Assembly (NCBI GenBank): GCA_043742265.1 | Contig: JAYTYR010000055.1 | Span: 1-35,012, forward strand | Length of the DNA: 35,012 bases | From: a bacterium | GTDB taxonomy: Bacteria > Patescibacteriota > Minisyncoccia > Phycocordibacterales > UBA5272 | Reading direction: 5' to 3' | In this document: piece after piece, positions 1 through 8,565 of the stretch | Position numbering within the stretch: the first letter of the stretch is position 1 | How the letters are laid out: the number at the start of each line of letters is the position of its first letter | The notes under the pieces: generated by a model | Databases searched by the model: none | The model's input: only the letters and a program-made list of their open reading frames with translations | Told to the model about the DNA's origin: nothing | Position numbers and translations under genes: made by a program

Positions 1-116
1 GTAGGCCCACAATGATACATATTGACAACTATTCGCCCATCTTTATCTGGAGTTTTATTTACAGGTTCAAATGTTTGTAGCTCTCGTCCTAGAGTGTTGT
101 AAATTTTGATGGGCAT
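1..116 (-). CDS. cysS: cysteinyl-tRNA synthetase, N-terminal fragment (gene runs off the window start)
   Basis: The minus-strand ATG (complement of 114-116) opens MPIKIYNTLGRELQTFEPVNKTPDKDGRIVVNMYHCGPT. This fits the CysRS N-terminal pattern (..YNTL.R....F.P....V.MY.CGPT). The frame stays open to position 1. It is absent from the ORF track because it is truncated. Confidence 0.7.
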   Translation of the reverse strand, partial: MPIKIYNTLGRELQTFEPVNKTPDKDGRIVVNMYHCGP

Positions 117-258
117 ATTTATCACTTATTTATTTTTTATTTTTATAAAATAATTTTATAGTTATAAGTATAGCATTTTCTTTTCAAATATGTTAGCTCT
201 TATCAAGTATGTTGTTGCCCTTGGAAAGGTCATAGGTAACAGTGTGGGTTGTTTTTAT

Positions 259-1164
259 TTATATCCACTTTTTATATTTGAAATAAGTAAAGAGCGCTAT
301 GGTCACAAAAAACATGATTGCGAGTATAGTCTCGAAGTCGTAGTCGCTGCCGATTATTGGTATGTGAGTAGCATTCATGCCAAATATACTAGCGATAAGT
401 GAAAGTGGGAAGATAACAAAGCTCATCATAGTGAGAGTCTTCATTGCGTCTGATGTCTTGTGTTGAAGTAGCGAATCATTGGTAGAGCGTAGCTCGTCAG
501 CATCCTCACGCAACATATTCACTCTATCCACTAGCTCGCTATAAATATAGCGGAGGCTGTATACTGAGTCTTTGAATCGTCTATCATAATACTCCCCACC
601 CCAATCGATGAGATGCAATAGTATCTTGTCATGTAGTCGCAGAGAATGATCAAAGTCTATAAGATAATGTATAGTGTCCGAGATTGACGCCACCATACGC
701 CTTTCTTGACCTTTATAAATTGACTTTTCTATTGTCATTAGTTTGTCCTCTATGGGGTCCATCTCATTATTACTTTCGCGATAGAGAGTAGCGAGTGCCT
801 CGAGGAATACATGGCCTGCATGATGCTCGTCGTTACTTCTTGTGTCTAGTGCTTTATCTATGATGCGCTCGCGTATCTCTGTGATATGTGTATCGGCATA
901 ATGTATAGTAATGAGATAATGTTTACCTATAATAAAGTCTATTTCTATGTTGAAACTATCCTTTTTCTCTAGCCTTGGGAAATGCATTACTGCGTATATA
1001 TAATCAGGATACTCCATCAGTGTAGAGCGTAATGTGGGGGTAGCTATGTCATTACGCACCACAGGATCGAGTATGAATTCCTCGGAAATGTTGGTTATCT
1101 CTTCACTACTGGGGTTGATAATATCTACCCAAGTTACATTTTTATAATTGATTCTGTTTATCAT
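259..1164 (-). CDS. corA: CorA-family magnesium/cobalt transporter
   Basis: 301 aa with a soluble N-terminal domain, two C-terminal TM helices and the GMN signature (IFGMNATHIP). Confidence 0.85.
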   Translation of the reverse strand: MINRINYKNVTWVDIINPSSEEITNISEEFILDPVVRNDIATPTLRSTLMEYPDYIYAVMHFPRLEKKDSFNIEIDFIIGKHYLITIHYADTHITEIRERIIDKALDTRSNDEHHAGHVFLEALATLYRESNNEMDPIEDKLMTIEKSIYKGQERRMVASISDTIHYLIDFDHSLRLHDKILLHLIDWGGEYYDRRFKDSVYSLRYIYSELVDRVNMLREDADELRSTNDSLLQHKTSDAMKTLTMMSFVIFPLSLIASIFGMNATHIPIIGSDYDFETILAIMFFVTIALFTYFKYKKWI

Positions 1165-1170
1165 TTGTAA

Positions 1171-1179
1171 ATTATAGCA
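1171..1179 (-). promoter_or_regulatory. extended -10 promoter (TGCTATAAT) 6 nt upstream of the corA ATG; implies a leaderless transcript
   Basis: The reverse complement of 1165-1179 reads TGCTATAAT-ttacaa-ATG. Confidence 0.5.
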
Positions 1180-1237
1180 TGAGTGTAGTATAATAGAGAT
1201 ACATTAATACACATGTTATAAAATATTAAATAAAATT

Positions 1238-2620
1238 ATGAATAATAAAGAGACAAAAAATAATAAAAATTTTAATAAAGTATTGTTAACTACTTTGATG
1301 GTGGTAGTTTCTCTGGTCAGTTATAATTTTGGCCGCCTCGGTAGAGGCGATCCTAATATAGCCCATGCACAAAATATAAATGGTTATAACATAGCTAGCC
1401 TACCCAATGGTGTGTCTAGTGACACTATGTCACAGATTAAAAATTTACTTGATCAAAAGTTCATCTCTTGGAAAAGCTCCACCACACCACCCACTACTAC
1501 AGATCTAGAAAATGGTATGATCAAAGGCTATGTCGAAGCATACAAAGACCCATACACTGTATATTTTGAGCCGGTGGAGTCTAAAATATTTGCCGATACT
1601 GTGAAGGGATCATTTGGCGGTGTAGGTATGCAAATAGCCTCCAAAGATGGTCGTATAGTCGTGATAGCACCACTCAAAGATACTCCAGCCATGAAAGCTG
1701 GCATCAAAGCTGGTGATATATTGATAGCTATTAATGGTAGTAGCACAGAAGGCCTCGCAGTTGATAAAGCAGTGAATCTAATCAGGGGTGTTGTAGGTAC
1801 ACATGTCAAAGTCAAAATTATACGAGCAACTAGTACCAAAGAGCTAGAATTTGACTTGGAAAGACAAGAAATAAAAGTACCATCTATAGATACAAAAATG
1901 GTAGATGGAGTATTTGTAATCAATCTTTATAATTTCTCTGGTGAGTCATCAGAACAGTTTAGACAAGCACTTATTAAATTTTCAGAATCTAAAACAGATA
2001 AGCTAGTTCTAGACATAAGAGGTAACCCAGGTGGATACTTGGAGGCAGCAGTTAACATGGCCTCCTTTTTCCTTCCAGAAGGTAAAGTTATAGTGTCAGA
2101 AAAAAAAGGTAAAAATGCCGAAGAGATTAATCATCGGTCACGAGGATTTAATGTTTTTACCAATAAGCTGAAGATGGTGGTACTCGTGGATCATGGGTCA
2201 GCTAGTGCGAGTGAGATATTGGCCGGTGCGCTCAAGGATCATGGTATCGCGACTATAGTAGGCAAGAAGACCTTTGGTAAAGGTAGTGTGCAGGAGCTTA
2301 TTGATCTTTGTCAGGTTTCTATCACTGATGGCATGTTAGATAAAGTTATAAGCATAGGCAGCTCTATGTCAGGCTCTACGAGTACATCAACAGAAAAATG
2401 TAATAAAGGCTCTATTAAAATCACAGTAGCTAAATGGTATACACCAAATGGTGTGAACATCAGCGAGGCTGGCATCGATCCCGATTATAATGTGGACATT
2501 GACGAGGCTTTGATGATCAAAAGCAAAAAAGATACACAGCTCTTAAAAGCTATATCAGTAGTAAAAGGAGAGAAGCAATCAACTTCTACTCTTAAGGTCA
2601 ATAAAATTAGTAAGAAATAG
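1238..2620 (+). CDS. S41-family carboxy-terminal processing peptidase with PDZ domain, membrane-anchored
   Basis: 460 aa with an N-terminal TM segment and a PDZ-like block (GGVGMQIA...AGIKAGDILIAING). S41 motifs are present: RGNPGGYL, GSASASEILAGALKD and KTFGKGSVQ. Confidence 0.85.
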   Translation: MNNKETKNNKNFNKVLLTTLMVVVSLVSYNFGRLGRGDPNIAHAQNINGYNIASLPNGVSSDTMSQIKNLLDQKFISWKSSTTPPTTTDLENGMIKGYVEAYKDPYTVYFEPVESKIFADTVKGSFGGVGMQIASKDGRIVVIAPLKDTPAMKAGIKAGDILIAINGSSTEGLAVDKAVNLIRGVVGTHVKVKIIRATSTKELEFDLERQEIKVPSIDTKMVDGVFVINLYNFSGESSEQFRQALIKFSESKTDKLVLDIRGNPGGYLEAAVNMASFFLPEGKVIVSEKKGKNAEEINHRSRGFNVFTNKLKMVVLVDHGSASASEILAGALKDHGIATIVGKKTFGKGSVQELIDLCQVSITDGMLDKVISIGSSMSGSTSTSTEKCNKGSIKITVAKWYTPNGVNISEAGIDPDYNVDIDEALMIKSKKDTQLLKAISVVKGEKQSTSTLKVNKISKK

Positions 2621-2636
2621 AAGGACATTCTCTCCT

Positions 2637-3104
2637 ATGAAAGTAATATTAAAAAATGATACACCAAGGTTAGGGCCCAAGAACACAGTGCTAGATGTCT
2701 CGGACTCGTACGCTATCAATGTATTGATCAAGAAGGGTATAGCAGATAAGCTCACATCTGCGCTCGAAGCAAAGATCAACAAAGATAAAGCCAGTCGTGC
2801 AGAAAGTAAAGAGCTGGCTGTATCTAGACATTTACAAATGATATCAACTTTACAAAAAGTCATATCAGAAAATAGTGATCACACTGTCATCACAATAGAT
2901 CATAAACATGATGATAAGGGTCATCTATATGGGAGTGTGACAGAAGAGCAAATCTCATCTGCTATTTATGATTTGTTAAAAGTGTCTATCCATCCGAAAC
3001 AGATACAGATACAAAAAACGATAAAGATAGTAGGTGAACATAAAATAATAATAAAAGGTAGTAAGGGTGAGAAAGAGGCGGAATTCACAATCAAAGTTAA
3101 ATAA
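2637..3104 (+). CDS. rplI: 50S ribosomal protein L9 (bL9)
   Basis: 155 aa. The N-terminus MKVILKNDTPRLGPKNTVLDVSDSYAINVLIKKGIA fits the bL9 N-domain pattern, followed by a long helical linker. Confidence 0.85.
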   Translation: MKVILKNDTPRLGPKNTVLDVSDSYAINVLIKKGIADKLTSALEAKINKDKASRAESKELAVSRHLQMISTLQKVISENSDHTVITIDHKHDDKGHLYGSVTEEQISSAIYDLLKVSIHPKQIQIQKTIKIVGEHKIIIKGSKGEKEAEFTIKVK

Positions 3105-3148
3105 GACACACAAAAGGGCGCGCCATAGGCGCGCCCTTTTGTGTGTCT
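3104..3148. terminator. bidirectional intrinsic terminator: perfect 21-bp inverted repeat with a 3-nt loop
   Basis: agacacacaaaagggcgcgcc-ata-ggcgcgcccttttgtgtgtct. It has a GC-rich core with an A-tract 5' and a T-tract 3'. It sits between convergent rplI and rpmA and overlaps both stop codons. Confidence 0.75.
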
Positions 3149-3422
3149 ATGCTATCACATTAGCCACCTTCTTGGTCTTTGTAGAACCATCGAAATGTGT
3201 CATGCGTCTGTTAGTATATTTGACTTTACCAGTCTCTACAGAGTATAAAGTGAAGTCTGTACCGTACTTTACACCTTTACCTGCCATGATGCGTGAGCCA
3301 CGTTGGCGTACTATGATATTGCCAGGTATTACCTTTTCTCCATCGTATTTCTTCACTCCTAGGTATTGAGCATTCGAGTCACTCAGGTTTTTAGCGGTAC
3401 CTGCCGCTTTTCTTGTTGCCAT
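3147..3422 (-). CDS. rpmA: 50S ribosomal protein L27 (bL27)
   Basis: 91 aa. MATRKAAGTAKN...LGVKKYDGEKVIPGNIIVRQRGSRIMAGKGV is the bL27 signature. Confidence 0.9.
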   Translation of the reverse strand: MATRKAAGTAKNLSDSNAQYLGVKKYDGEKVIPGNIIVRQRGSRIMAGKGVKYGTDFTLYSVETGKVKYTNRRMTHFDGSTKTKKVANVIA

Positions 3423-3436
3423 AGTGTTGTTGTATT

Positions 3437-3445
3437 TGTTATAAT
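3437..3445 (+). promoter_or_regulatory. extended -10 promoter TGTTATAAT, 6 nt before the ATG at 3452 (leaderless layout)
   Basis: The sequence reads TGTTATAAT-tagttt-ATG. Confidence 0.5.
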
Positions 3446-3451
3446 TAGTTT

Positions 3452-3823
3452 ATGCTATCTATTATACAAGATTTTTCACAAAGAATCAATACACGCCTTT
3501 CCCCACTTATTATGGCTAGTATTATGGGCACCTTTTTGATATTGCTTTCATTTTTGATAGGACGTCAGTCTATCATTGATCAAAGAGAAACTAGTGAGGC
3601 TAAAGAAATCTTTAAGTTGAAGTCTCCAGATTTTGCCTTGCAAAATCTGGAGACTTCAACTACTATTTTTGGACTTGGACGTATATATGGTAGTAGCAAA
3701 GGCAAGAAGTATTACATAGAAGGATTATGTGATGGCAATGTGTCAGATAAAAATAAAGTCTTTTATAAAAGTGAAAATGATGCCAAGGCTAAAGGCAAGA
3801 GCAGAGCAGCTGGCTGTCACTAG
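3452..3823 (+). CDS. hypothetical membrane-anchored protein with a Cys-containing C-terminal motif
   Basis: 123 aa with one TM helix (LSPLIMASIMGTFLILLSFLIG). The C-terminus is KYYIEGLCDGNVSDKNKVFYKSENDAKAKGKSRAAGCH. Its start is supported by the promoter spacing. No family was recognised with confidence. Confidence 0.5.
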   Translation: MLSIIQDFSQRINTRLSPLIMASIMGTFLILLSFLIGRQSIIDQRETSEAKEIFKLKSPDFALQNLETSTTIFGLGRIYGSSKGKKYYIEGLCDGNVSDKNKVFYKSENDAKAKGKSRAAGCH

Positions 3824-4066
3824 TTGTGTATAAGTTATATGTACTAATACACAATATTTGTTATACTATGTTTAGTAGAAATATATCGATAAAAGTTAGT
3901 AATAAAAAATATATGGCCAAAGAAGAAAAATATCACAAAAAAGAAACAAAGAAACCAAAGAAAGACAAGACTGTGAAATAAGCATGTCGTGCGACAAAAT
4001 TATGGGTCGCCCAAAAGACGATCCACAGTTTTGTGATATAATTAGTAATAAATTAATAAAAATAAT

Positions 4067-4411
4067 ATGTTAATAAAATTTTTACTCTTTACTATTTCGC
4101 TTTTTATTGTGGACTATTTAGTGCCTAGTATCACTATACATGCTAGCACTACGGCTACTCACTACAAAGGGTTATTTATCACTGCGATTATTTTGTATAT
4201 TGCTAACCATATAGTGACACCTATATTGCGAGTACTCACTTTTCCTATCACCATTATCACTTTTGGAGTTTCTAGTACTTTGATTAGTGTATTAGTAATG
4301 TATATAAGTTTAAAAATTAATCCATATGTAGAGTATAGCAGCTTTACTATTATGATACTCTTTATAATTTTAGTAAACGTGCTGTGGTGGATACTAGATA
4401 AAGTATTTTAA
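4067..4411 (+). CDS. 4-TM membrane protein, phage-holin-family-IV / YvlD (DUF360)-like
   Basis: 114 aa, all hydrophobic helices. The motif ANHIVTPILRVLTFPITIITFGVSS resembles the N.lvrPil..l.lP...lTlGlf block of that family. Confidence 0.55.
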   Translation: MLIKFLLFTISLFIVDYLVPSITIHASTTATHYKGLFITAIILYIANHIVTPILRVLTFPITIITFGVSSTLISVLVMYISLKINPYVEYSSFTIMILFIILVNVLWWILDKVF

Positions 4412-4503
4412 TTAACTTTAAATATCACTAATTGGATTTGTTTGCAAATTTCTGCTATACTGTGAAAGTAAAATTTTATTAAAAGTTTAAAAATTATTTA
4501 ATC

Positions 4504-6018
4504 ATGTCATCAATCACTCAATTATTTTCAGATTTAGAAAAGAAAGTCGCTCAAATCTCTCTAGCTGATAGTGATATACAAGATATCGGTATAGTCTCGA
4601 GTGTAGGGGATGGTATAGCGCGTGTAATTGGGCTTGTTGGGGTTAAAAGTGGAGAGACATTAAACTTTGAACATGGAGCTATCGGTATAGCTCTTAATCT
4701 AGAGGATGATAATGTGGGTGTAGTACTGGTCTCAGGAGCAGATACAGTATATGAGGGTGAGAGAGTAAATAGAAGTAATGATATATTGTCTATACCAGCA
4801 TCTGAAGAGGTATGTGGGCGAGTGCTAGATCCGATGATGATGCCACTAGATGGTGGCAAGGCGATAAGTAACAAACATAGGCAACTTATAGAAAAGGTAG
4901 CCCCTGGAGTGATGACACGCGAGCCAGTCAATGTCCCGATGCAAACTGGTATCAAGGCTATAGATGTACTCATACCAATCGGTCGTGGACAGAGAGAGCT
5001 CATCATAGGAGATAGACAGACTGGGAAGACTACCATAGCGATAGACGCTATTATAAATCAACGCGGTAAAGGTGTGAAGTGCGTATATGTGGCTATCGGT
5101 CAGAAAGAGTCCAAAGTCGCACAAATAGTAGAGAAGTTAAAGGCATCAGACGCGATGGATTATACCACTATCATACTTGCTGGAGTATCAAAGGGCGCAA
5201 CTATGTCATATATCGCTCCATATGCAGGAGTCGCAGTCGCCGAATACTTTATGGATCGTGGCGAAGATGTGTTGATAATATATGACGATCTCAGCAAACA
5301 TGCGGTGGCATATAGGGAGATGTCATTACTACTACGTAGGCCTGGTGGACGTGAAGCTTATCCTGGGGATGTATTTTATTTACATTCTAGGCTCTTAGAA
5401 AGAGCATGTAGAAGGAACACTGATAATGGAGGGGGCTCCATCACAGCGCTACCCATCATCGAGACTCAGGCAGGAGATGTATCTGCATATATACCGACCA
5501 ATGTGATCTCTATCACAGATGGACAGATATTCCTAGACTCCAATCTTTTTTATAAAGGAGTAAGGCCTGCCATAGACGTAGGTCTATCAGTATCGCGTGT
5601 GGGAGGTAGTGCACAAAGCAAAGCAATGAAGAAAAATGCCGGTATGATGAAGCTTTCCCTCGCTCAATATCGTGAGCTAGAAAGTTTCTCGCAGTTCGAC
5701 TCTGATCTAGATCTCATCACCAAAGCTACACTCGAAAGAGGAAAGAGAACAGTAGAAATGCTAAAGCAAAAAAATGGAGACCCACTCTCAGTAGCCGAGC
5801 AGGTATCATCTATATATGCTGTAAACAAAGGCTTCTGTGATCCTTTAAATATATCAGACATAGGTAAGTTTGAAAAAAAATTGCACAATACATTAAACAC
5901 ACAATATACAGAATTAGTTAAAAATATAAATGACGGTGTGTGGTCTGATGATGTAGAAAGCTCACTTAAAAATTGCATAACTGATACTATGGTTACCTTT
6001 GATAAACATGAACACTAA
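4504..6018 (+). CDS. atpA: F1 ATP synthase subunit alpha
   Basis: 504 aa with Walker A GDRQTGKT. It also carries LIIYDDLSKHAVAYREMSLLLRRPGGREAYPGDVFYLHSRLLERA, a highly conserved alpha-subunit block. Confidence 0.95.
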   Translation: MSSITQLFSDLEKKVAQISLADSDIQDIGIVSSVGDGIARVIGLVGVKSGETLNFEHGAIGIALNLEDDNVGVVLVSGADTVYEGERVNRSNDILSIPASEEVCGRVLDPMMMPLDGGKAISNKHRQLIEKVAPGVMTREPVNVPMQTGIKAIDVLIPIGRGQRELIIGDRQTGKTTIAIDAIINQRGKGVKCVYVAIGQKESKVAQIVEKLKASDAMDYTTIILAGVSKGATMSYIAPYAGVAVAEYFMDRGEDVLIIYDDLSKHAVAYREMSLLLRRPGGREAYPGDVFYLHSRLLERACRRNTDNGGGSITALPIIETQAGDVSAYIPTNVISITDGQIFLDSNLFYKGVRPAIDVGLSVSRVGGSAQSKAMKKNAGMMKLSLAQYRELESFSQFDSDLDLITKATLERGKRTVEMLKQKNGDPLSVAEQVSSIYAVNKGFCDPLNISDIGKFEKKLHNTLNTQYTELVKNINDGVWSDDVESSLKNCITDTMVTFDKHEH

Positions 6019-6937
6019 ACTTATCAAACAAAAAATGAAAAGTGTAAGTAATATCAAGAAGATTACTCGCACTATGGAAATGGTCTCAGTCGCTAAAATG
6101 AAGAGATCGTCGGATGCTGCCCATGCTTATAGGTCTTTTATATCTAGCGCTCTCGAGATATTAAATAGCATACACAGAGATAGTTATCTGAGACACCCAT
6201 TTATTAAAAAAGGTATTTTTTCTTTTGGGGAAGAAAATAAAATAAAAAATAAAAACATTTTGATAATAATAGGTGCGAATAAAGGTCTCTGTGGTGGATA
6301 CAATACACAGCTTTATAAAGCTGTAAGTAAATATTTTTTTGAAAAGAAAATAGAAAATAAAAATAGTGATATATCAGAAAGCAAAGATAATGATGTATCT
6401 GTTATATCTATAGGTAAATATGGAGAAAAGATCGCAAAGAAATTCACCAATGATATATTTTTGTCTTATGCAAAAAATAGTATCAGTAATATAGACGCAT
6501 CAGTAATAACAAAAGAAATAATAAGTAGATACATGGACAAAGCAAATCCGAGCGACACAGTGACTGTCATACATCCACACATCACTAGCGGAGTGAGTTA
6601 TACGACAAAGACTTTACAAATATTACCTTTTGGAATAGATGCTACCCCCACCCCTAACCCCTTCCACAAGGGGAGTGGAAACATACAAAATACATCCTTC
6701 ACCTATGAGCCGACTTCAGAGTTAGTGATAGAGTCAGTGATACCACTAGTTATAGAGGCTGTGATAGTGTCAGCAGCGCGTGAGACAGAGGCAGGAGAGC
6801 ATGCTGCACGTATGATGGCGATGAAGACCGCCACGGACAATGCTGGTGACATGCTAGACGATCTCAAGCTCACCTATAACAACGCTCGCCAAGCTAAAAT
6901 CACCCAAGAAATAGCCGAGTTATCCTCTGTAGCGTGA
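6008..6937 (+). CDS. atpG: F1 ATP synthase subunit gamma
   Basis: MNTKLIKQKMKSVSNIKKITRTMEMVSVAKMKR at the N-terminus and ...TYNNARQAKITQEIAELSS at the C-terminus match gamma. I prefer the ATG at 6008 (which overlaps the atpA stop) to the TTG at 5999. Confidence 0.85.
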   Translation: MNTKLIKQKMKSVSNIKKITRTMEMVSVAKMKRSSDAAHAYRSFISSALEILNSIHRDSYLRHPFIKKGIFSFGEENKIKNKNILIIIGANKGLCGGYNTQLYKAVSKYFFEKKIENKNSDISESKDNDVSVISIGKYGEKIAKKFTNDIFLSYAKNSISNIDASVITKEIISRYMDKANPSDTVTVIHPHITSGVSYTTKTLQILPFGIDATPTPNPFHKGSGNIQNTSFTYEPTSELVIESVIPLVIEAVIVSAARETEAGEHAARMMAMKTATDNAGDMLDDLKLTYNNARQAKITQEIAELSSVA

Positions 6938-6971
6938 TACTGAAAGTATATTTGTCGATATGATATTTTTG

Positions 6972-6980
6972 TGTTATTAT
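6972..6980 (+). promoter_or_regulatory. extended -10 promoter TGTTATTAT, 6 nt before the obg ATG at 6987
   Basis: The sequence reads TGTTATTAT-ataccc-ATG. This argues for the 6987 start rather than the track's 6960. Confidence 0.5.
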
Positions 6981-6986
6981 ATACCC

Positions 6987-7955
6987 ATGCTTATAGATCA
7001 TATTAAATTAACAGTGGTGGCTGGGAAGGGTGGAGATGGAGTAGTGAGATGGAGACGCGAGAAAAGTATACCGTTTGGTGGTCCTGCTGGTGGCGACGGT
7101 GGTAAGGGTGCTGATGTGTATCTGCATGTGGTACGTGATATACATGCACTAGCAAGGTATAAACATAAGACAGACTGGAAAGCAGATGACGGTGAAAGCG
7201 GCAAGAAAAGATCAATGCATGGGCTAAATGCTGATGATTTGTATCTAGACGTACCGCTAGGATCTATAGTACACAATGTGGATTTGGATATTACTTATGA
7301 ATGTATAGAAGAAGAAGCTAATATATTGATACTACGTGGAGGTCGTGGAGGCTACGGTAATGAGAAATTTAAAAGCTCTATTAATCGTACCCCGGAGGAG
7401 TTCACTCCTGGAGCAGCTGGTGAATATTCGACATTCGCTATCGAGCTCGATCTCATCGCTGATGTAGGTATAATAGGCCTGCCAAATGCAGGCAAAAGCT
7501 CATTGCTAAACGCTCTCACTAGAGCGGGAGCAAAGGTCGCAGACTATGCCTTTACTACGTTAGAACCCAATCTCGGTGCCTATCACGGCGTGATACTCGC
7601 TGATATACCAGGACTAATAGAAGGTGCTAGTGATGGTAAGGGTCTCGGTCATAAATTCCTACAGCATATACGTCGCACTGCTACACTACTACATTTAGTC
7701 TCAGTAGTAAATGATGATGTCGTAGCTGCTTATCAGACAGTAAGAGCAGAGCTAGGTAAATTTGACTCTACGCTTTTAAATAAAAAAGAAATATTAGTAC
7801 TATCCCAAACGGATCTAGTAAATGAAGACAGGAAAGCAGAGCTGTTAAAGTCTTTACAAAAAATATCTAAAAAAGGTACTGTTATCATGACGTTGTCACT
7901 ATTCGAAGATGCTAGTGCAGATACATTGGGAGAATATTTGAGAAAGGAGATCTAA
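6987..7955 (+). CDS. obg: GTPase Obg/CgtA (short form, no C-terminal extension)
   Basis: The Obg fold is indicated by MLIDHIKLTVVAGKGGDGVVRWRREKSIPFGGPAGGDGGKGADVYL. The G-domain motifs are GLPNAGKSSL (G1), DIPGLIEGA (G3) and SQTD (G4-like). Confidence 0.9.
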   Translation: MLIDHIKLTVVAGKGGDGVVRWRREKSIPFGGPAGGDGGKGADVYLHVVRDIHALARYKHKTDWKADDGESGKKRSMHGLNADDLYLDVPLGSIVHNVDLDITYECIEEEANILILRGGRGGYGNEKFKSSINRTPEEFTPGAAGEYSTFAIELDLIADVGIIGLPNAGKSSLLNALTRAGAKVADYAFTTLEPNLGAYHGVILADIPGLIEGASDGKGLGHKFLQHIRRTATLLHLVSVVNDDVVAAYQTVRAELGKFDSTLLNKKEILVLSQTDLVNEDRKAELLKSLQKISKKGTVIMTLSLFEDASADTLGEYLRKEI

Positions 7956-8554
7956 CGTATCAGCTCAGTACTCCTCCCAGGTGTGATTAGTCCTATATTT
8001 TTATCTATCAAGCCTATGCAATTGATTATAGAGTGTGCTACACTATTTGAATTTTCTGTCTCACTCATAAAGTTAAAGCCATACTGTGGATAATTATAAT
8101 CCCTGTTATCTATAGCAGCAGCACATATTTTGGCCTTGCCCCACAGATCTATAGTAGTACTAGCGGTACCATTATAAAGTGATATACCAGAGTTATTTTC
8201 TTTTTCACCTCGCAAACTATAATAATTATAGTCAAAAACAAAGACTTTAAGTTTGTACCCGATCTTCATCGCACGTTCTATCACTTCACCTTTATCAGTA
8301 TCATAGGCAAAGCCATGTATTTGTCCTATCACTTCACCATTAATATCTACCATCTCTAAATAAGTGTGGCCAGTCAGCCCTATTACTATTTTATGTTCTT
8401 TTTTATTTATGCTCCAAGTTTTATTTTTAATAAAAGAAAGATCTTCTTTTGGTAATAAAGGCCTCACATAAGTGTTGTTAAAAACAAAATAAACAAACAT
8501 CCAAACAAAAATAAGTATAGCTATATCTTTAATTATATTTTTTTTATTCACCAT
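7952..8554 (-). CDS. hypothetical membrane-anchored or secreted protein
   Basis: 200 aa with an N-terminal TM/signal anchor (IAILIFVWMFVYFVF). No family was recognised. Its stop codon overlaps the obg stop on the opposite strand. Confidence 0.55.
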   Translation of the reverse strand: MVNKKNIIKDIAILIFVWMFVYFVFNNTYVRPLLPKEDLSFIKNKTWSINKKEHKIVIGLTGHTYLEMVDINGEVIGQIHGFAYDTDKGEVIERAMKIGYKLKVFVFDYNYYSLRGEKENNSGISLYNGTASTTIDLWGKAKICAAAIDNRDYNYPQYGFNFMSETENSNSVAHSIINCIGLIDKNIGLITPGRSTELIR

Positions 8555-8565
8555 TATATTATACC

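Noticed and set aside
190-402. ORF 190-402 (+), overlapping the 3' end of corA on the opposite strand
   Set aside because: It is antisense to the corA TM region and no motif is present. It is a shadow ORF. The same applies to 1528-1923, 2579-2863, 3067-3369, 6998-7276, 7003-7215, 9607-9966, 16851-17255, 19989-20270, 21614-21820, 22656-22871, 23427-23612, 24486-24740, 25440-25679, 25713-26192, 26259-26516, 26759-27216, 28493-28696, 29017-29214 and 29417-29599.
3868-3981. Small Lys-rich ORF (MAKEEKYHKKETKKPKKDKTVK from ATG 3913, or 37 aa from ATG 3868) downstream of a TGTTATACT box
   Set aside because: It is very short and low-complexity in A-rich DNA, and no family was recognised. It could be a real small basic protein, but the sequence alone does not support calling it.
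4551-5978. Track ORFs inside atpA: three antisense (4551-5036, 4846-5124, 5664-5978) and one same-strand off-frame (5079-5285)
   Set aside because: They lie wholly inside a highly conserved gene, have skewed composition and have no start context. They are shadow ORFs.
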